Shown here piece by piece: positions 1 through 12,569 of a stretch of 64,000 nucleotides of DNA (positions are counted from its first letter, which is position 1; each line of letters begins with the position of its first letter). The notes under the pieces are model-generated. The model saw only the letters and a program-made list of their open reading frames with translations, was not told the origin of the DNA and made no database searches. The translations under genes and the position numbers were made by a program. Origin of the DNA: Lama guanicoe (taxonomy: Eukaryota); assembly GCA_013239625.1 (NCBI GenBank), contig MU054096.1, forward strand, positions 17,085 through 81,084. Direction: 5' to 3'.

Positions 1-246
1 TATCACTTCTGCCAACTGGAGCAGGAACGCTAGAACTGGCCAGCATGGGGACAAGTGCCAACTCTGGCCAGAGCAAACATGGCCTGGGAGGCAAGGTCTC
101 TCAAGCATGGGACTCACTCAGAGCAGAGGAGGGGAAGAGGAATTTTCCTAAGTAATGAGGCCGTTGCTCCGGACATAATAGCAATTAATCTTTATTGAAT
201 CCCTGCTATACTCCAGGTGCAATTGCTACAGTGGATCATCCATTTA

Positions 247-393
247 CCTGTCTGTCTGTCTGTCTACCTGTCTCTAGCATCCATCATCTGTCAGTCTGTC
301 TGTCTATCTAATCAATCTATCATCCACCCANNNNNNNNNNNNNNNNNNNNNNATCCATCCATCCATCCATCCATCTACATCTATCCATCTATC
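247..393. repeat. Compound tetranucleotide microsatellite (TCTG/TCCA/TCTA) spanning a small gap
   Basis: Directly visible. Confidence 0.9.
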
Positions 394-398
394 TTTCT

Positions 399-570
399 AA
401 TCCTCATAACAACCCTATGAGGCAAGAACTGTACCATTATTACCATCAGCTCCCACATTTCAGATAAGAAAATAGAAGCTCATAAAGACTAAGGTACTTG
501 CCCAAATTCAGACAGTTACGTGGAGAGCCAGGAACAAACCCAGGCTGTCCAGTTCTCGAGTCTGCACTGT
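399..570 (-). mobile_element. MIR
   Basis: aatcctcataacaaccctatgagg..ttcagataagaaaa..acttgcccaa. Confidence 0.75.
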
Positions 571-1430
571 GTCATATGGGAACCTAAGGGACAGCCTTGC
601 TGGCAAACCCACTGACATTTCATTACTTCTCTCACCGCTACTGTTTGGGGCACTGCTTGCTAAGCTTAGGGATGAAGCAGGGTGTCATAAAAATTGGAGA
701 CAGATTCAGAGGAAGGAGGTGAGAGGAGCTGGTTAGACCAAGAGGCATGTGCTTTTTTAGGAGCAGACAAAGCCCTCTTGAATCCCTAAGGCACTAAGAG
801 GAGGTGAGGTTATATATACAAAATCTGCAGAACTTAACCACCAAATGTGGTTAGTATCCCTTTCTGTGAAAATGAAGGTTTTGTACCAGTTGAGTGTTGC
901 CAATGTGTATCAAAGTTACATACAAAGTTACATACAATGTGTATCAAAGTCACATTTTCAAATCATTATTTTAGCAGTTTATTACAGATCACAATATTGC
1001 CACAGCTTTATTATGAAGTTCTGTTTTTATGTGCGTATTTTAGGAAATCTTCCCCCAAAGGGCAGCTTGAATTTCAGAGTATAGGACTCGTAACTCTTAT
1101 GTTACTATTATAGAGAAAACAGTATCTCAGAAAAGGTTTTCTTTTATTGGCATCGTGCCACTGCCTCTCCTAGGACTGCTATGTACATTCCAAAACACCA
1201 GATTAAAAAATGAATAATTAAAATTAAGTTTAAAAAACGAATAATAGTGTAGAGTGTTAATATCAGCTAAAGGAGATATGAAATAAATTGATGCAACGGA
1301 TATGAGATTGGTAGGGTCACTGGGGTAACATTCCTAAGAATAAGCTGAATGACTAAAATGCTTCCTTAATTCCTCCACTTCTGATAGAGTAACTCAGCCT
1401 TCATATTTCCCAGCTGTTTAAATGCTCTAG

Positions 1431-1538
1431 GGGGCAGGGTACAGCTCAGGGGTACAGCACATGCTTAGCATGCACGAGGTCCTGGGTTCAATCCCCAGTC
1501 CCTCCATCGAAAAATAAATAAATAAACCTCATTACCTA
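1431..1538 (+). mobile_element. tRNA-Ala-derived SINE (camelid vic-1-like), runs into the assembly gap
   Basis: A/B boxes (agctcag..., ggttcaatccc), gcttagcatgc anticodon arm, aaataaataaacct tail. Confidence 0.85.
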
Positions 1539-2320
1539 NNNNNNNNNNNNNNNNNNNNNNNNNNNNNNNNNNNNNNNNNNNNNNNNNNNNNNNNNNNNNN
1601 NNNNNNNNNNNNNNNNNNNNNNNNNNNNNNNNNNNNNNNNNNNNNNNNNNNNNNNNNNNNNNNNNNNNNNNNNNNNNNNNNNNNNNNNNNNNNNNNNNNN
1701 NNNNNNNNNNNNNNNNNNNNNNNNNNNNNNNNNNNNNNNNNNNNNNNNNNNNNNNNNNNNNNNNNNNNNNNNNNNNNNNNNNNNNNNNNNNNNNNNNNNN
1801 NNNNNNNNNNNNNNNNNNNNNNNNNNNNNNNNNNNNNNNNNNNNNNNNNNNNNNNNNNNNNNNNNNNNNNNNNNNNNNNNNNNNNNNNNNNNNNNNNNNN
1901 NNNNNNNNNNNNNNNNNNNNNNNNNNNNNNNNNNNNNNNNNNNNNNNNNNNNNNNNNNNNNNNNNNNNNNNNNNNNNNNNNNNNNNNNNNNNNNNNNNNN
2001 NNNNNNNNNNNNNNNNNNNNNNNNNNNNNNNNNNNNNNNNNNNNNNNNNNNNNNNNNNNNNNNNNNNNNNNNNNNNNNNNNNNNNNNNNNNNNNNNNNNN
2101 NNNNNNNNNNNNNNNNNNNNNNNNNNNNNNNNNNNNNNNNNNNNNNNNNNNNNNNNNNNNNNNNNNNNNNNNNNNNNNNNNNNNNNNNNNNNNNNNNNNN
2201 NNNNNNNNNNNNNNNNNNNNNNNNNNNNNNNNNNNNNNNNNNNNNNNNNNNNNNNNNNNNNNNNNNNNNNNNNNNNNNNNNNNNNNNNNNNNNNNNNNNN
2301 NNNNNNNNNNNNNNNNNNNN
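1539..2320. other. Assembly gap (N run)
   Basis: N characters. Confidence 1.
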
Positions 2321-2779
2321 CAACAAAACAACGCAATTTCTTTAATATTTCTTCTTTAAAGTGAGTACCATGTTAAGCTGCGAAAGTCCTGGGGGAACAC
2401 GGTGGGAGGAAGAGTTTTCCTGCAATTTCTGGCATGGGCCAGAGGGAGGCAGTATAGGCCTCGTGAGACTAGCCTGTGGCGCCCATCCCAGCCACAGGCC
2501 CAGAACGCTGTGCCTAAGCCACGCAGGAGCCTCAGCTGGCGATCACCTTTCTGCAGTGCCACCCACCACCACGCCCTCAACCCCGCCCCCTCCCAGAAAC
2601 CTGCACCTCCTCCCAGAAACCTGCACAGCCTGCACCTCTGAAGGCCTCCCGCTTGTGCAGTGCCCGGACTCGCTCCCCGTCCCTCTGTGGCCCTTGGACC
2701 CTGACAGCCTTGTACCACTGTGGAAGCTGGCTGGCCCCTGCTCCACGTCCTTGCCATGGCGTGCTGAGCCTCACTCCCA

Positions 2780-3183
2780 GACCTGTACTACAGAGGGTTG
2801 CTTCCTGCCCGCCCAGCAGCACCAGACCAGCTCCAGCCTGGCCCATCCAGCCTCCATCCAGCTGATCCGATGTCCGGGTCTAGCCCTTGAGAGGCCTTGC
2901 GGCTTCCACTTCTGCCCTCTTGGACTGCTGCTCCAACACAGCCACGCAAACACAGGGCGACCTGGGGGAGATCCGAGGAGCCCGAGCCAAGAGTCCACAT
3001 GTCCTGCCAGATGCATGAGGCCAAGTGCACCTTGCAGCTGAGTCAATGATTCATCTGAATGCATGCACACAACTGAGCCCCGGGGCAGCAACAGAGGAAA
3101 TGCCCAGCAAACCTACACAGACTGCCTCTAAGTAACTAAACGGGAGGATGATTTGTTCTATAATAATAGATCACCTAAATACA
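2780..3183 (+). mobile_element. MLT1 (MaLR) LTR fragment
   Basis: MLT1-like 3' end: cagctgag..gagcccc..gatttgtt..aataagat-ac-taataca. Confidence 0.5.
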
Positions 3184-4169
3184 CATATTCCCACCATCAG
3201 ATAATTCTTCTAGTATCTTAAATGTTCAAAAAATTAGTTTAAGTACACGAGAATATTTCTTTTTGGCCAAACCACCTCCCTAACACGTCAGAAAAGCATG
3301 TCAAAGTCATACCTCTGAGTCTGTAACCTTTCTCACATCTCCCTTCTGAACAAAGTGTGGAACAGTCTACAGAATGACTTCAAAGTCAAAAGTTTAAAAT
3401 GACAAACTAGACAAGTAACTGGAATAAAGACGGATAAAGAAGTCCCTTGTTTACAGACCCATGTTTACACGTAAAAATAAAGACATAAGGAGGTAAGGAA
3501 AAGGAGACATAGAAACCAGAGATAAATGATTTGGCATCACCAGTCTTGCTGACTGGCAACAATACAAGGGCTTCCAGCGGCAAAACCAGTCATCAGAGAG
3601 CTCCCTTTCCTGCTTTTTATGCTGCTGGGAGTTCAGAACAAATCAGACTCTGAAAAGCCTCCAACATACACCGCATTATACATCTATATTCAAACTTTTA
3701 ATCTTGGCTAAGTCAACTTACTATAAAGTATTTTTTTCCATCCATACACTTTCTGTGGTGTCAGCAGGATCAAAGACACTATAATATTAGAATTATATGA
3801 AGCTATAAATGTCCTTAACTTAGAGTTGTTTTTTTCCTTTTCTAGAAACTCCATAGCTTTTCATTTTGAACTCAGAAAGTGTTTCTGAACATTAAGTCTG
3901 CTAAGAGTATTAAAAAAATAAACTATCTAAAAACTGTGAAAACTTGAATGATGAGAAAACAACTGTGAAATTGGGAAAAATTTAAGACAAAAATTTTCAG
4001 TTGAATAAAAGTAAAACTCAGCAAGTAATAAATGCATGATGAAGGCTGCCTGGAATGCATGCATCCTAACAGACACGTCGCAATGTCCCCGACACAGACA
4101 ACACCAAAGTGGAACATTTCTAATCCCTGATGTGTCAGTTTGGTCCCCTAGGGATTCACCCAGTAGGAA

Positions 4170-4385
4170 ACAGCACAGCAGAGAGATTGAGGACACACAC
4201 CCCCGGAGTCTGGCTGTCTGCATTTGAATCCAGGCTTCTCCACCTCCTAGCTGTGTGACACCGGGCAAGATCACTTAACCTCCGTAAAGATGACTTACAA
4301 CAGTCACTCGATCTTAAAGGAGGTTTGAGGCTTCTGTGACTTAGAACAGTGCCTGCCACTTAGTAAACTCTATAGAAGTGTTTGG
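4170..4385 (+). mobile_element. MIR
   Basis: ctagctgtgtgacaccgggcaagatcacttaacctc..cttagaacagtgcctg. Confidence 0.75.
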
Positions 4386-5084
4386 TAATAAAAATAAGTA
4401 AAATATGTGGTCAGCAGCATAAAGCTAGATGTAAAACATTAAGGGGTAGAGTAGCAGTAACACAGGCTATCTGGCAGCTTCTATTTAGCAGCTTTAAATA
4501 AATTCACAAGACCAGATGGCCTATTTCATCCAGACTTTAAGATGTATTTAGAGTTCAATTTCTGCAGTTAAATCCTGAGTTCACTCAAGTTCCCTCCTAC
4601 CTCACCTAAAAGCAGGTAACGTAATAAAACGTGTGTGTGTGCGCAGAGCCCTAGAGGGGATGGGGCAGGGGTGGGGGCTATTATGCAGGTAAATCTTACC
4701 CCGCTGGCCACAGAGCAGCCATAAACTGAAGCAATTATGAGCAAAAGGCGCCTCACATCCCACCTTCTCAAGGCACAACTATGCAAAGTTCGGGTCCTCT
4801 GGTTCCCCGCCTTTGCCTGCCATGCACATTTCTCCCCTTTCATACTCCTCAGCTGCTTGGGTCCGGCTGCTAGAAAAATCCCCATCCCTACTAGCGATCG
4901 AAGCAGCCGCCCAGGGAGCAAATACAGAGATGGGGAGGGAGAAGGCGCTATAAAGAAACTCAGCCTAACTATTCTTCTTTGCTGTGACTAATAAGAAACG
5001 AATATGAATCTTAGGCACAATACGATCTATGTATTCAAATGTAACTAACCTTTCAAATCTCAGACTAATAGCAAACAATCACTG

Positions 5085-5290
5085 TTGTCCAGCAAGTGCC
5101 CACCATAAGCCTGGCAGGCACTGTTCCAAGCACATGACGTGTGTCAACACTCAACCGCACAACGATCCTAGAAGGTGGGCACCATTAATATCCCCAGCTT
5201 GCAGATGAGGAAACTGAGGCACAGAGACGTTCAATAATTTATAACCCTCAACAGCAGACCCAGGACTTAAACCCAGTCTGATTCCAGGGC
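5085..5290 (-). mobile_element. MIR
   Basis: gcagatgaggaaactgaggcacagaga core. Confidence 0.75.
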
Positions 5291-5799
5291 CTGAGCCAAC
5301 CAGCCTGTCAATATTACATTCTTTTTCCAGTTACGTTCTTATTTTTGCAAATTCCTCTCTAGCAATTTTCCTCAGGGCCAATTTACCAGTCACAGGAAAA
5401 TACTTGTCTCAATCATTTATAATCATTCCACTTAATTGTTTTAAATGATAACATCTTACTTGAACTCATTATTCATTTTTCTAGTAACTATGGACGATAT
5501 AAAGATACAGCAAATAAATGGGAAAAGGTAAAATAAAACAGACCCTGGCACCAAGTACTTACTGTTTCAAACTAAAAACATTCACTGTAGGCGTCATAGA
5601 GGCAAAAGTCAGAAAAGTTAAAAAATGTTAGTGCTAAAAAAAAAGTCATAATCCACTATTCTAGCATTAAAGTCAATATGAAACAATAGAATGGATTAAA
5701 CCTGAAGTCTGAAAGGTGCATGTGAACAAAATACCTCTGTTATATTTTTGATACGGACAACAAATAAACAAATGAAACTCTAAACAAAAGTTAGTGCTA

Positions 5800-7250
5800 G
5801 GAAAACACTGACAAAATGAGAAGACATCCTACAGGATGAGAGAAAATATTCACAGATGATGCAACCAACAAAGGGCTAATATCCAAACTATACAAACAGC
5901 TCATACAACTCAATATCAAAAAACCAAACAATCCAATCTAAAGTGGGCAGAAGACTAAAATAGACATTTTTCCAAAGGAGACATGACAGGCTAACAGGCC
6001 CACGAAAAGACGCTCAACATTGCTAAGTAGTAGAGAAATGCAAATGAAAAGCACAATGAAGTATCACCTCACACCTGTCAGAATGGCCATCATCAAAAAG
6101 TCTACAAATAACAAATGTTGGAGAGTGTGTGTGGAAAAAAGGGAACCCTCATATACTGTTAGTGAGAATGTAAATTGGTTTAACCACTGTGGAAAATGGT
6201 ATGGAAGTTCCTTAAAAAACTAAAACCAGACCTATCACATAATCTAACAATTTCACTCCTGGGCATTTGTCTGGAAAAACTGAAAACACTAATTTGAAAA
6301 GATACCAATTGTCAGTGGCCTTGGGATGAGCTAAGGCCGTGGGACCCAAGGCCACGATCACAGCATGGTTGCAGTATGCAGTAAATAATGACTGTACACA
6401 TGCGTCAATTATACAAGATTAAGAACAAAGAAAATAGAAGTACGCATGCACTAGAGATATTCTGAAAGCCTCAAGAACAAAGAAATTGACAGTGCACATG
6501 TGCTGGCAGAAACCAGATAAAAAACAGGACAGCTGCACCATAGAGCACACGCACCACCTTGTGGAAATAGAATAAAGTGCTGTAAACTCTATGTTTGCTC
6601 CAGGTGACGTCTGTTTTGCGGTATGGCAGCTCCTCGGCATTTTTTCAGTTGGGCTGCTCACGTCCTAGAATCCCCCTTCAGCCTCCCTCAGCTGACACCA
6701 GTGTTCTTAGCAGCACTATTTTCAATCGCCAAGGCATGGAAGCAACCCAAGTACCCACCAACAGAAGCCTGGCATAGGAAGGTATGATAACATATATATA
6801 TAATGGAATATAATTCACCTGTGAAAAGGAATAAAATTCTGCCATTTGCAGCAATGCGGATGGACCTAGCGAATATTATGCTTAGTGAAATAAGTCAGAC
6901 AGAGAAAGACAAGTACTATGTGTATATACATGTGGAATCTAAAGAAATAATACAAATGAATGTGCCTGAAAAATAGAAACAGACTCAACAGACATAGAAA
7001 ACAAACTTATGGTTACCAAAGGGAAGAAGGAGTGAGAAGGAACAAAATGGGGGTATGGGATTAACAGATACAAACTACTATGTATAAAATGGATAAGCTA
7101 CAAGGATATACTGTGTAGCACAGGGAATTATACCAATTATCTTGTAATAACCTATACTGGAAGACAATCTGCAAAAATACTGAATCACTATGCTGTACAC
7201 CTGAAACTAACACAATACTGTAAATCAACTATACTTCCATTTTTAAAAAT
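5800..7250 (+). mobile_element. L1 3' portion (ORF2 C-terminus and 3'UTR), split by the solo LTR
   Basis: YHLTPVRMAIIKKSTNNKCW motif (ORF 6020-6223) and typical L1 3'UTR. Confidence 0.9.
6310..6697 (+). mobile_element. Solo LTR (388 bp) inserted in an L1
   Basis: Ends TGTCAG...CTGACA, flanks ccaat/ccagt, AATAAA at 6571; L1 sequence resumes on both sides. Confidence 0.75.
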
Positions 7251-7629
7251 GTTATAACAATAATAATAAGGACACAAATGAACTAATTATTATTTTGATT
7301 TCTTGAATTTGTGTAAGCACATCTGACTTTCCTTTATGATTGATTACCGCATTCTGTTGATTCTTATTTTGTGGTTGGCTTTATTCCTTTGATAATTATG
7401 TAAGTTTAAATAGCTAAAGATCTAATCGGTTCTTAGAAACAATAACCAGTACATACATGAAAACTAAAAAAAGTGCAATATACTGCATGTATGTATTTAC
7501 ATGCAATATAATGTGTATATGCAGTCGAACTGTAATAATTCTACATAATAAAACCGAAAACGGGAAAAAAATGTTAGGGGTTTAGAGACTGATAAAAATG
7601 CACATGGATTTTTAATCACATTGAAACAC

Positions 7630-8160
7630 AGAATGTGATATATAAATACACACACACACAACAGAGTATTATTCGAAAATTACTCAACCATTAAAAAGAA
7701 GGAAATCTTGTCATTTGCAACAACCCAAATGAACCTGGAGGACATTGTTCTAATAGAAGTAAGTCAGACAGAAAAAGACCAAAAAAAAAAAAAACAGAAA
7801 AAAAAGAGTTGATTTCATAGAAACAAGAGAGTGGAATGGTGGCTGCCACAGGCTAGGGAGAGGGAAAAATGGGGAGGTAGAGGTCAAGGGGTACAGATTT
7901 TCAGTTAGAAGAAGAATGAGTTCTGAGGATCTCATGTACAGCATGGGGACTAGAGTGAATAACGTGCTATCATATACTTAAAAGTCCCTGAGCGTCGAGC
8001 ATCAGCGTTCTGAGAACAAGAACAAAAAGGAGTTAAGATGTCAGGAACGGATGTGTTCATTATCCTGATCTTGGTAATCATCACACAATACATGTGTATA
8101 AAATTGTGTTGCATACTTTAAACACAGACAATTACATTTGTCAATTTTTCCCAATTACTC
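7630..8160 (+). mobile_element. Older L1M-type 3'UTR fragment
   Basis: aaaaagaaggaaatcttgtcatttgcaacaac...gaacctggaggacatt. Confidence 0.75.
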
Positions 8161-8429
8161 TTCAGTAAAGTTTTCAAAATACAAACATTTTAAGACAAAA
8201 CCAGAAGGACTCAGTTTCACTTTGTTATTCGAAAACTGCACCTCTTGGGGAGTGCTGGAAATGTCAGCTATCTTGATTGTGGTGGTGGTGTCATGGGTGT
8301 GGACATCTATCAAAATTCATCAAACTGTACATCTGAAATATGTGTAGTTTACAGTCCAGGAATCATACCATAATAAAGGTGTTAAAAAATAATTCAAAAT
8401 ATTCATTAGGATCCTGTTGGTTTGCTCCT

Positions 8430-9310
8430 CTGGGCCCCCGGGAGACACCAGTGAACAAAACAGACACCAGTTCTGCTGTCGTGGAGTCTGCGTTTTAGTG
8501 GAAGAGACACAGGATAAACCAATTTAAATACCACATCATGTCAGACGGTGCTGACAAGTGCTACGAAGAAATAAAGACAAAGGGACAGAGCGTGAAGGAG
8601 GCTGCTGTCTGGGGCAGGGGTCAGGAAAATCCTCTCTGCAGAAGCGACACTGAAGTAGAGACGGGAAGGAAGGGAGGTGAGCGGCAGGTGCCTGAAGGAG
8701 CAGCGTCCAGGCGGGAGCATGCCGGAGGTCGAGGGGGAGAGTGACAGGGTGGGAGATGTGTTCCAGTGGAAGGGAGCAACTTCCTTTATAGCAGCACATT
8801 ATTTCAGGTCCCGTTCATAATCATACAGTACCAGATCCCCATATAGTAACTGCTTTTTTTGCCTATGAAATACCACACTCTGGGCTCAGTGCTGGGGACG
8901 GCGGGGAACAAGATCATCACAGCCTATCACAAAGTAAATATAAAAGTGTACTTTGTGAAGGAAAAGCACATGGAGTGTGTAGACTGGGGAAATCGTGCCC
9001 TGACTAGGGGGTTTGCCTGAGGAGGCGACATACCAGCAAGAGGTGAAGGGTGAGAAAGAGTTAACCAGGTGACAAGTGGGAAAAGGAGCATTCCAGGCAG
9101 CGGGAGCAGCATGTGCAAAAGCCCTGTGGTCAGAGGAACACAGAGGGAACAGCCAAGAGCAGGGAAGCGAAGTCTGGGTGGATGTAAAGCTGGAGGACGT
9201 GGCGGGGGCAGACCATGCTAAGCTGCAAGCTTGAAACCACAGGGAGGACCTGGTCCGTAATGGTCCATACACTAGGAGCAGCTGGAAGCTACTGAAGTGT
9301 CTTATGCAAT
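8430..9310 (-). mobile_element. L2 fragments
   Basis: cagtgaacaaaacagac.., gcattccaggcagcgggagcagcatgtgcaaaagccctg (antisense L2 3' region). Confidence 0.7.
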
Positions 9311-10339
9311 TAAGAGTCTGAGAGCCCTGAGTTCTCTTAAAAACTTGAAAATCACATTCAGCATAATCGGATATGTTTCACTGTCTATTTGTTCAGGTTT
9401 ACCTACGGGTTTATTTTGATCTGTCCAATGCAAACTTCACCAGCTTTTCATTACCTAATGTAATAACATGAATGGGGTTACACTAAGGAATAAAGTCTCA
9501 CAAAGAATTCCCATTCCAGGATTAGTCAAAGTTTTCCATTTTTACGAGAACATTACTTATTATCCAGAAATCCCAAATATATGTTCTGAAGTAGCCTAAC
9601 TATGAACTAGCCTAAAATGTATCTCAGAGCTTCAAACGCTAAAATCTGCTCTGAAAATGCAGTTGAAAATACTGTAGTTTTGCACTCTGGAACTGGAGTG
9701 AGACACTGAGATAAAAAAATGGAGCCAAGGGCCATATTTGGAGAGTCTTTTCCATGAGAAGGATAAAAAAGGCCTGCTTAATGACTCCAATCAGATAAAG
9801 AAAAGGAGGTTTTATGGACCTTCTGTTCTAGCACAGTCAGCCCAGGGCCCACAAACCACTTAACTAGCAGCTGAGATACAGAACAAAGAGTGCTCCGAGG
9901 CCCTGCCTGCAGGGGCTGTGAGAAAGAACTTTCTTCTGTTGAGTAAGTTAATATCTGAGGAAGCCAAGGCAAAAGGAAAGAGCAAAATGACATGGGAACA
10001 TCAAATTCATCAAACTCTGGGGACCCTGGAGGGCAAGGACAGCATCTCAGGTCCACATTAATTGGCTCAGAGGGGCTCATAAGGATTACACAGAGATTAC
10101 AGAATGTGGAGGGAAATACCCTGGGAATGGGTGAAGGGGACAACTCAAGAAAAGGCACGAAGGTGTGAGACTCGGGGAAGAGACTGTGAAAGATATCCAT
10201 CCTTTGCCCGATTTACAAACTCAGAGCAAACCCAAAGAGAAGGATATAAACAACTCAAAAGGAACTGGACATGTCAAATGGACATATCAGGAAACATCTT
10301 CAACTTGGAATAACAGAATTTGAGAGATTATACAGCTGA

Positions 10340-10745
10340 CAGTGTCAGGACCCCGGTCAGGTCCCCTCCTACTGCCGTTTCCAGTGCACACCCACGACGT
10401 CCTGCACTGAGCAAGGTCCCAAGCCTGTGGGCCTCCTCCCAGCTGCCCCAGGAGGCCGGGACTGCCTGGAGGTCACCCTGGAGCAGCCCTCGGCCCCCTG
10501 TGACTGGGAATAGGGGAAAAGTCACTCCTACCTTTCGTTTGGCACATGGGACAGCTGTGAGACAGCCCATGCACTCTGTCCCTGGGAGCAGCCTATAGGC
10601 CCGACTGCTGACCTTTCCTGTCCCGGCTGCTCTCCCTTCTTGGTCTCACTTCCCCAGCCCCACCTTCGACCAGTGCTTCCTGGAACCATCTCCTGAACAA
10701 ACCATTTCACTTGAATCCTTATCTTCTAGAAAATCCCGAAGTAAG
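10340..10745 (+). mobile_element. Old ERVL LTR (LTR16/LTR33-like)
   Basis: 3' end ..aacaaaccatttcacttgaatccttatct..cccgaagtaag. Confidence 0.55.
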
Positions 10746-11185
10746 GAAGTAATGGAATGTAATTTAGAACTGAATTCTTTTAATTCCATGCTCAGCTGAA
10801 GACATCAAGAATCAGGAAGAAAAATGGCTTGTGAACCTAAGTTCACAGTAAAACCTACCACACGGGCATTTCCAACAACTAGAGGGGAGGGGAGGTGGGA
10901 AAAGGGAGGAGAAATAAATTTTATAAAGTAGTTTAAAAAAAAAACAAAGACCTTGATAGAAGTATGAATGGTCATAAGACACATTGTACATGCTATTAAA
11001 ACATCCGTGGCATTTCTAAATGAAATAATGGCTTAACTATATTAGGAGGTTCTGCTTTCTTAATTTTTAAGTTAATTTAAAAATTAAAAGAAAATGTGAC
11101 TTCATCTTTGGGCTAACACAACAAGATATCTGTCGTGTTTTAGATTTCTTCCTACTACTACATAGATTTCCTGCCCCTCACCTCA

Positions 11186-11226
11186 ACACACACACACACA
11201 CACATACACACACACACAACACACAC
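11186..11226. repeat. (CA)n microsatellite
   Basis: Directly visible. Confidence 0.9.
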
Positions 11227-12493
11227 CCAATTATCATACTTGCAATTCTGAACTTAATTCACAGTCTTGGGAATAAATCTACTTATTGCGAGTTTGTATT
11301 TCATTTGTTATGTCACTTTGATTGACAATTGAATCTGTTCAGAACATATGATTACTTAATACTTTTGTGATTAAACTTTATTTCCGAAAAAAGAGCACAA
11401 AGTGGAACAAAAGAAAATTCTTCTTCCAGCGGCAAGTAATGGGTGAGTCAGCTTTACTGTTAAGAGACTGAGTGCACAGATGAACTTTCACTTTTCAAGG
11501 GACAGGGGTAGCCTGGCCACCAACCTCTGCATCTTCTCATCATGCTAGTTTCAAAAACAAAGACGTAAAGAATTTCTAGCAAAATAAATGACAATTTACC
11601 CTTCGAAAACACCATTTTGAGCATTCTTGTATGAAAGGATTTTGTACAATAGGGCTGTTTATTTCCAATTTCCACCCTCCTTGGAGAAAATTCATTCTGA
11701 ATCCTATCCCCAGGGCTCTGCTGTGTGTCAACAGACTAGATTAAAAAAGAAGATGGAAGTTGCTTGACCTGAGGAATGAGATTCTGAAGACTATTTCGCT
11801 GAAATCTGTCAGTCTACTGACTACCGTATCTGCTTGCTAATTTCAACAGATTCGGACAAATGATATGTGATCAGCAAAAGAAGCCTCTCACTTCATAATA
11901 ATGAGTTGCAAAGGAACCCTAAAAGCATGCTAGAAAAGTTACAAGGGTCTCCATTCATCAAAATACAAACATTCATTTACCCAAGAAGCAACCACCTTTG
12001 TAAACCTATGCTGAAGTATATATGTCATCATTTATTCACTCACATATTAAAATTTATTCAGGACCTATTATTTGCCAGACGCTGAGACAGGTATTAAAAC
12101 ACAAAACCCTTCCTCTTTGAGTATCTTTAGACGGAAAGAGGGAAAAAGAGTCACATACACAACAGATGCAATAAAATGTTCCAAGTGTCACATTGCGTAG
12201 TAAGCCTACTAGTTCATTCACAGGTTCATTCAACAACTTTTGCACACCTACTATGTGCCAAGGATCATTTCAATTACAAGCAATAAAATCAGTCCCCATT
12301 AGGGGCCGAGTTACCTCAAGGGAAAGAAAATGGTATTTTAAACACATAATAACTCTATACATGTGTACTACCTGGATAATTGAGAAAAATGTGTCAAATA
12401 TATAAATGTCTTTCCTTTGCAACCCAAGAAAAGAAATGAAAGACCAAACCAGTTAAGAATGAGGTTTGAGAGCCATGAAATAATTGTCCTTAC

Positions 12494-12569
12494 CAGGAAT
12501 ACAGAATTGTCCCCACAACAGATGTAAGTTTACTGCTTTCTTGTTTTTGCTTTGCCAGGCCAAAGTCAG
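12494..12569 (-). CDS. NEK10: NEK10 exon (76 nt) [25 protein letters not shown], activation segment
   Basis: aattgtag acceptor, TG|gtaagg donor, phase 1/2; DFG and GT motifs. Confidence 0.96.

Noticed and set aside
1465..2336. Long ORFs of 264-288 aa
   Set aside because: Artefacts of translating the N gap.
2356..3091. Overlapping ORFs up to 226 aa
   Set aside because: GC-rich, partly LTR-derived sequence open on both strands, with no recognisable domain.
1..12493. Next canonical NEK10 exon (PEVLKSEPYGEKADVW)
   Set aside because: Not found; the intron continues beyond the window, although the 782-nt gap cannot be inspected.
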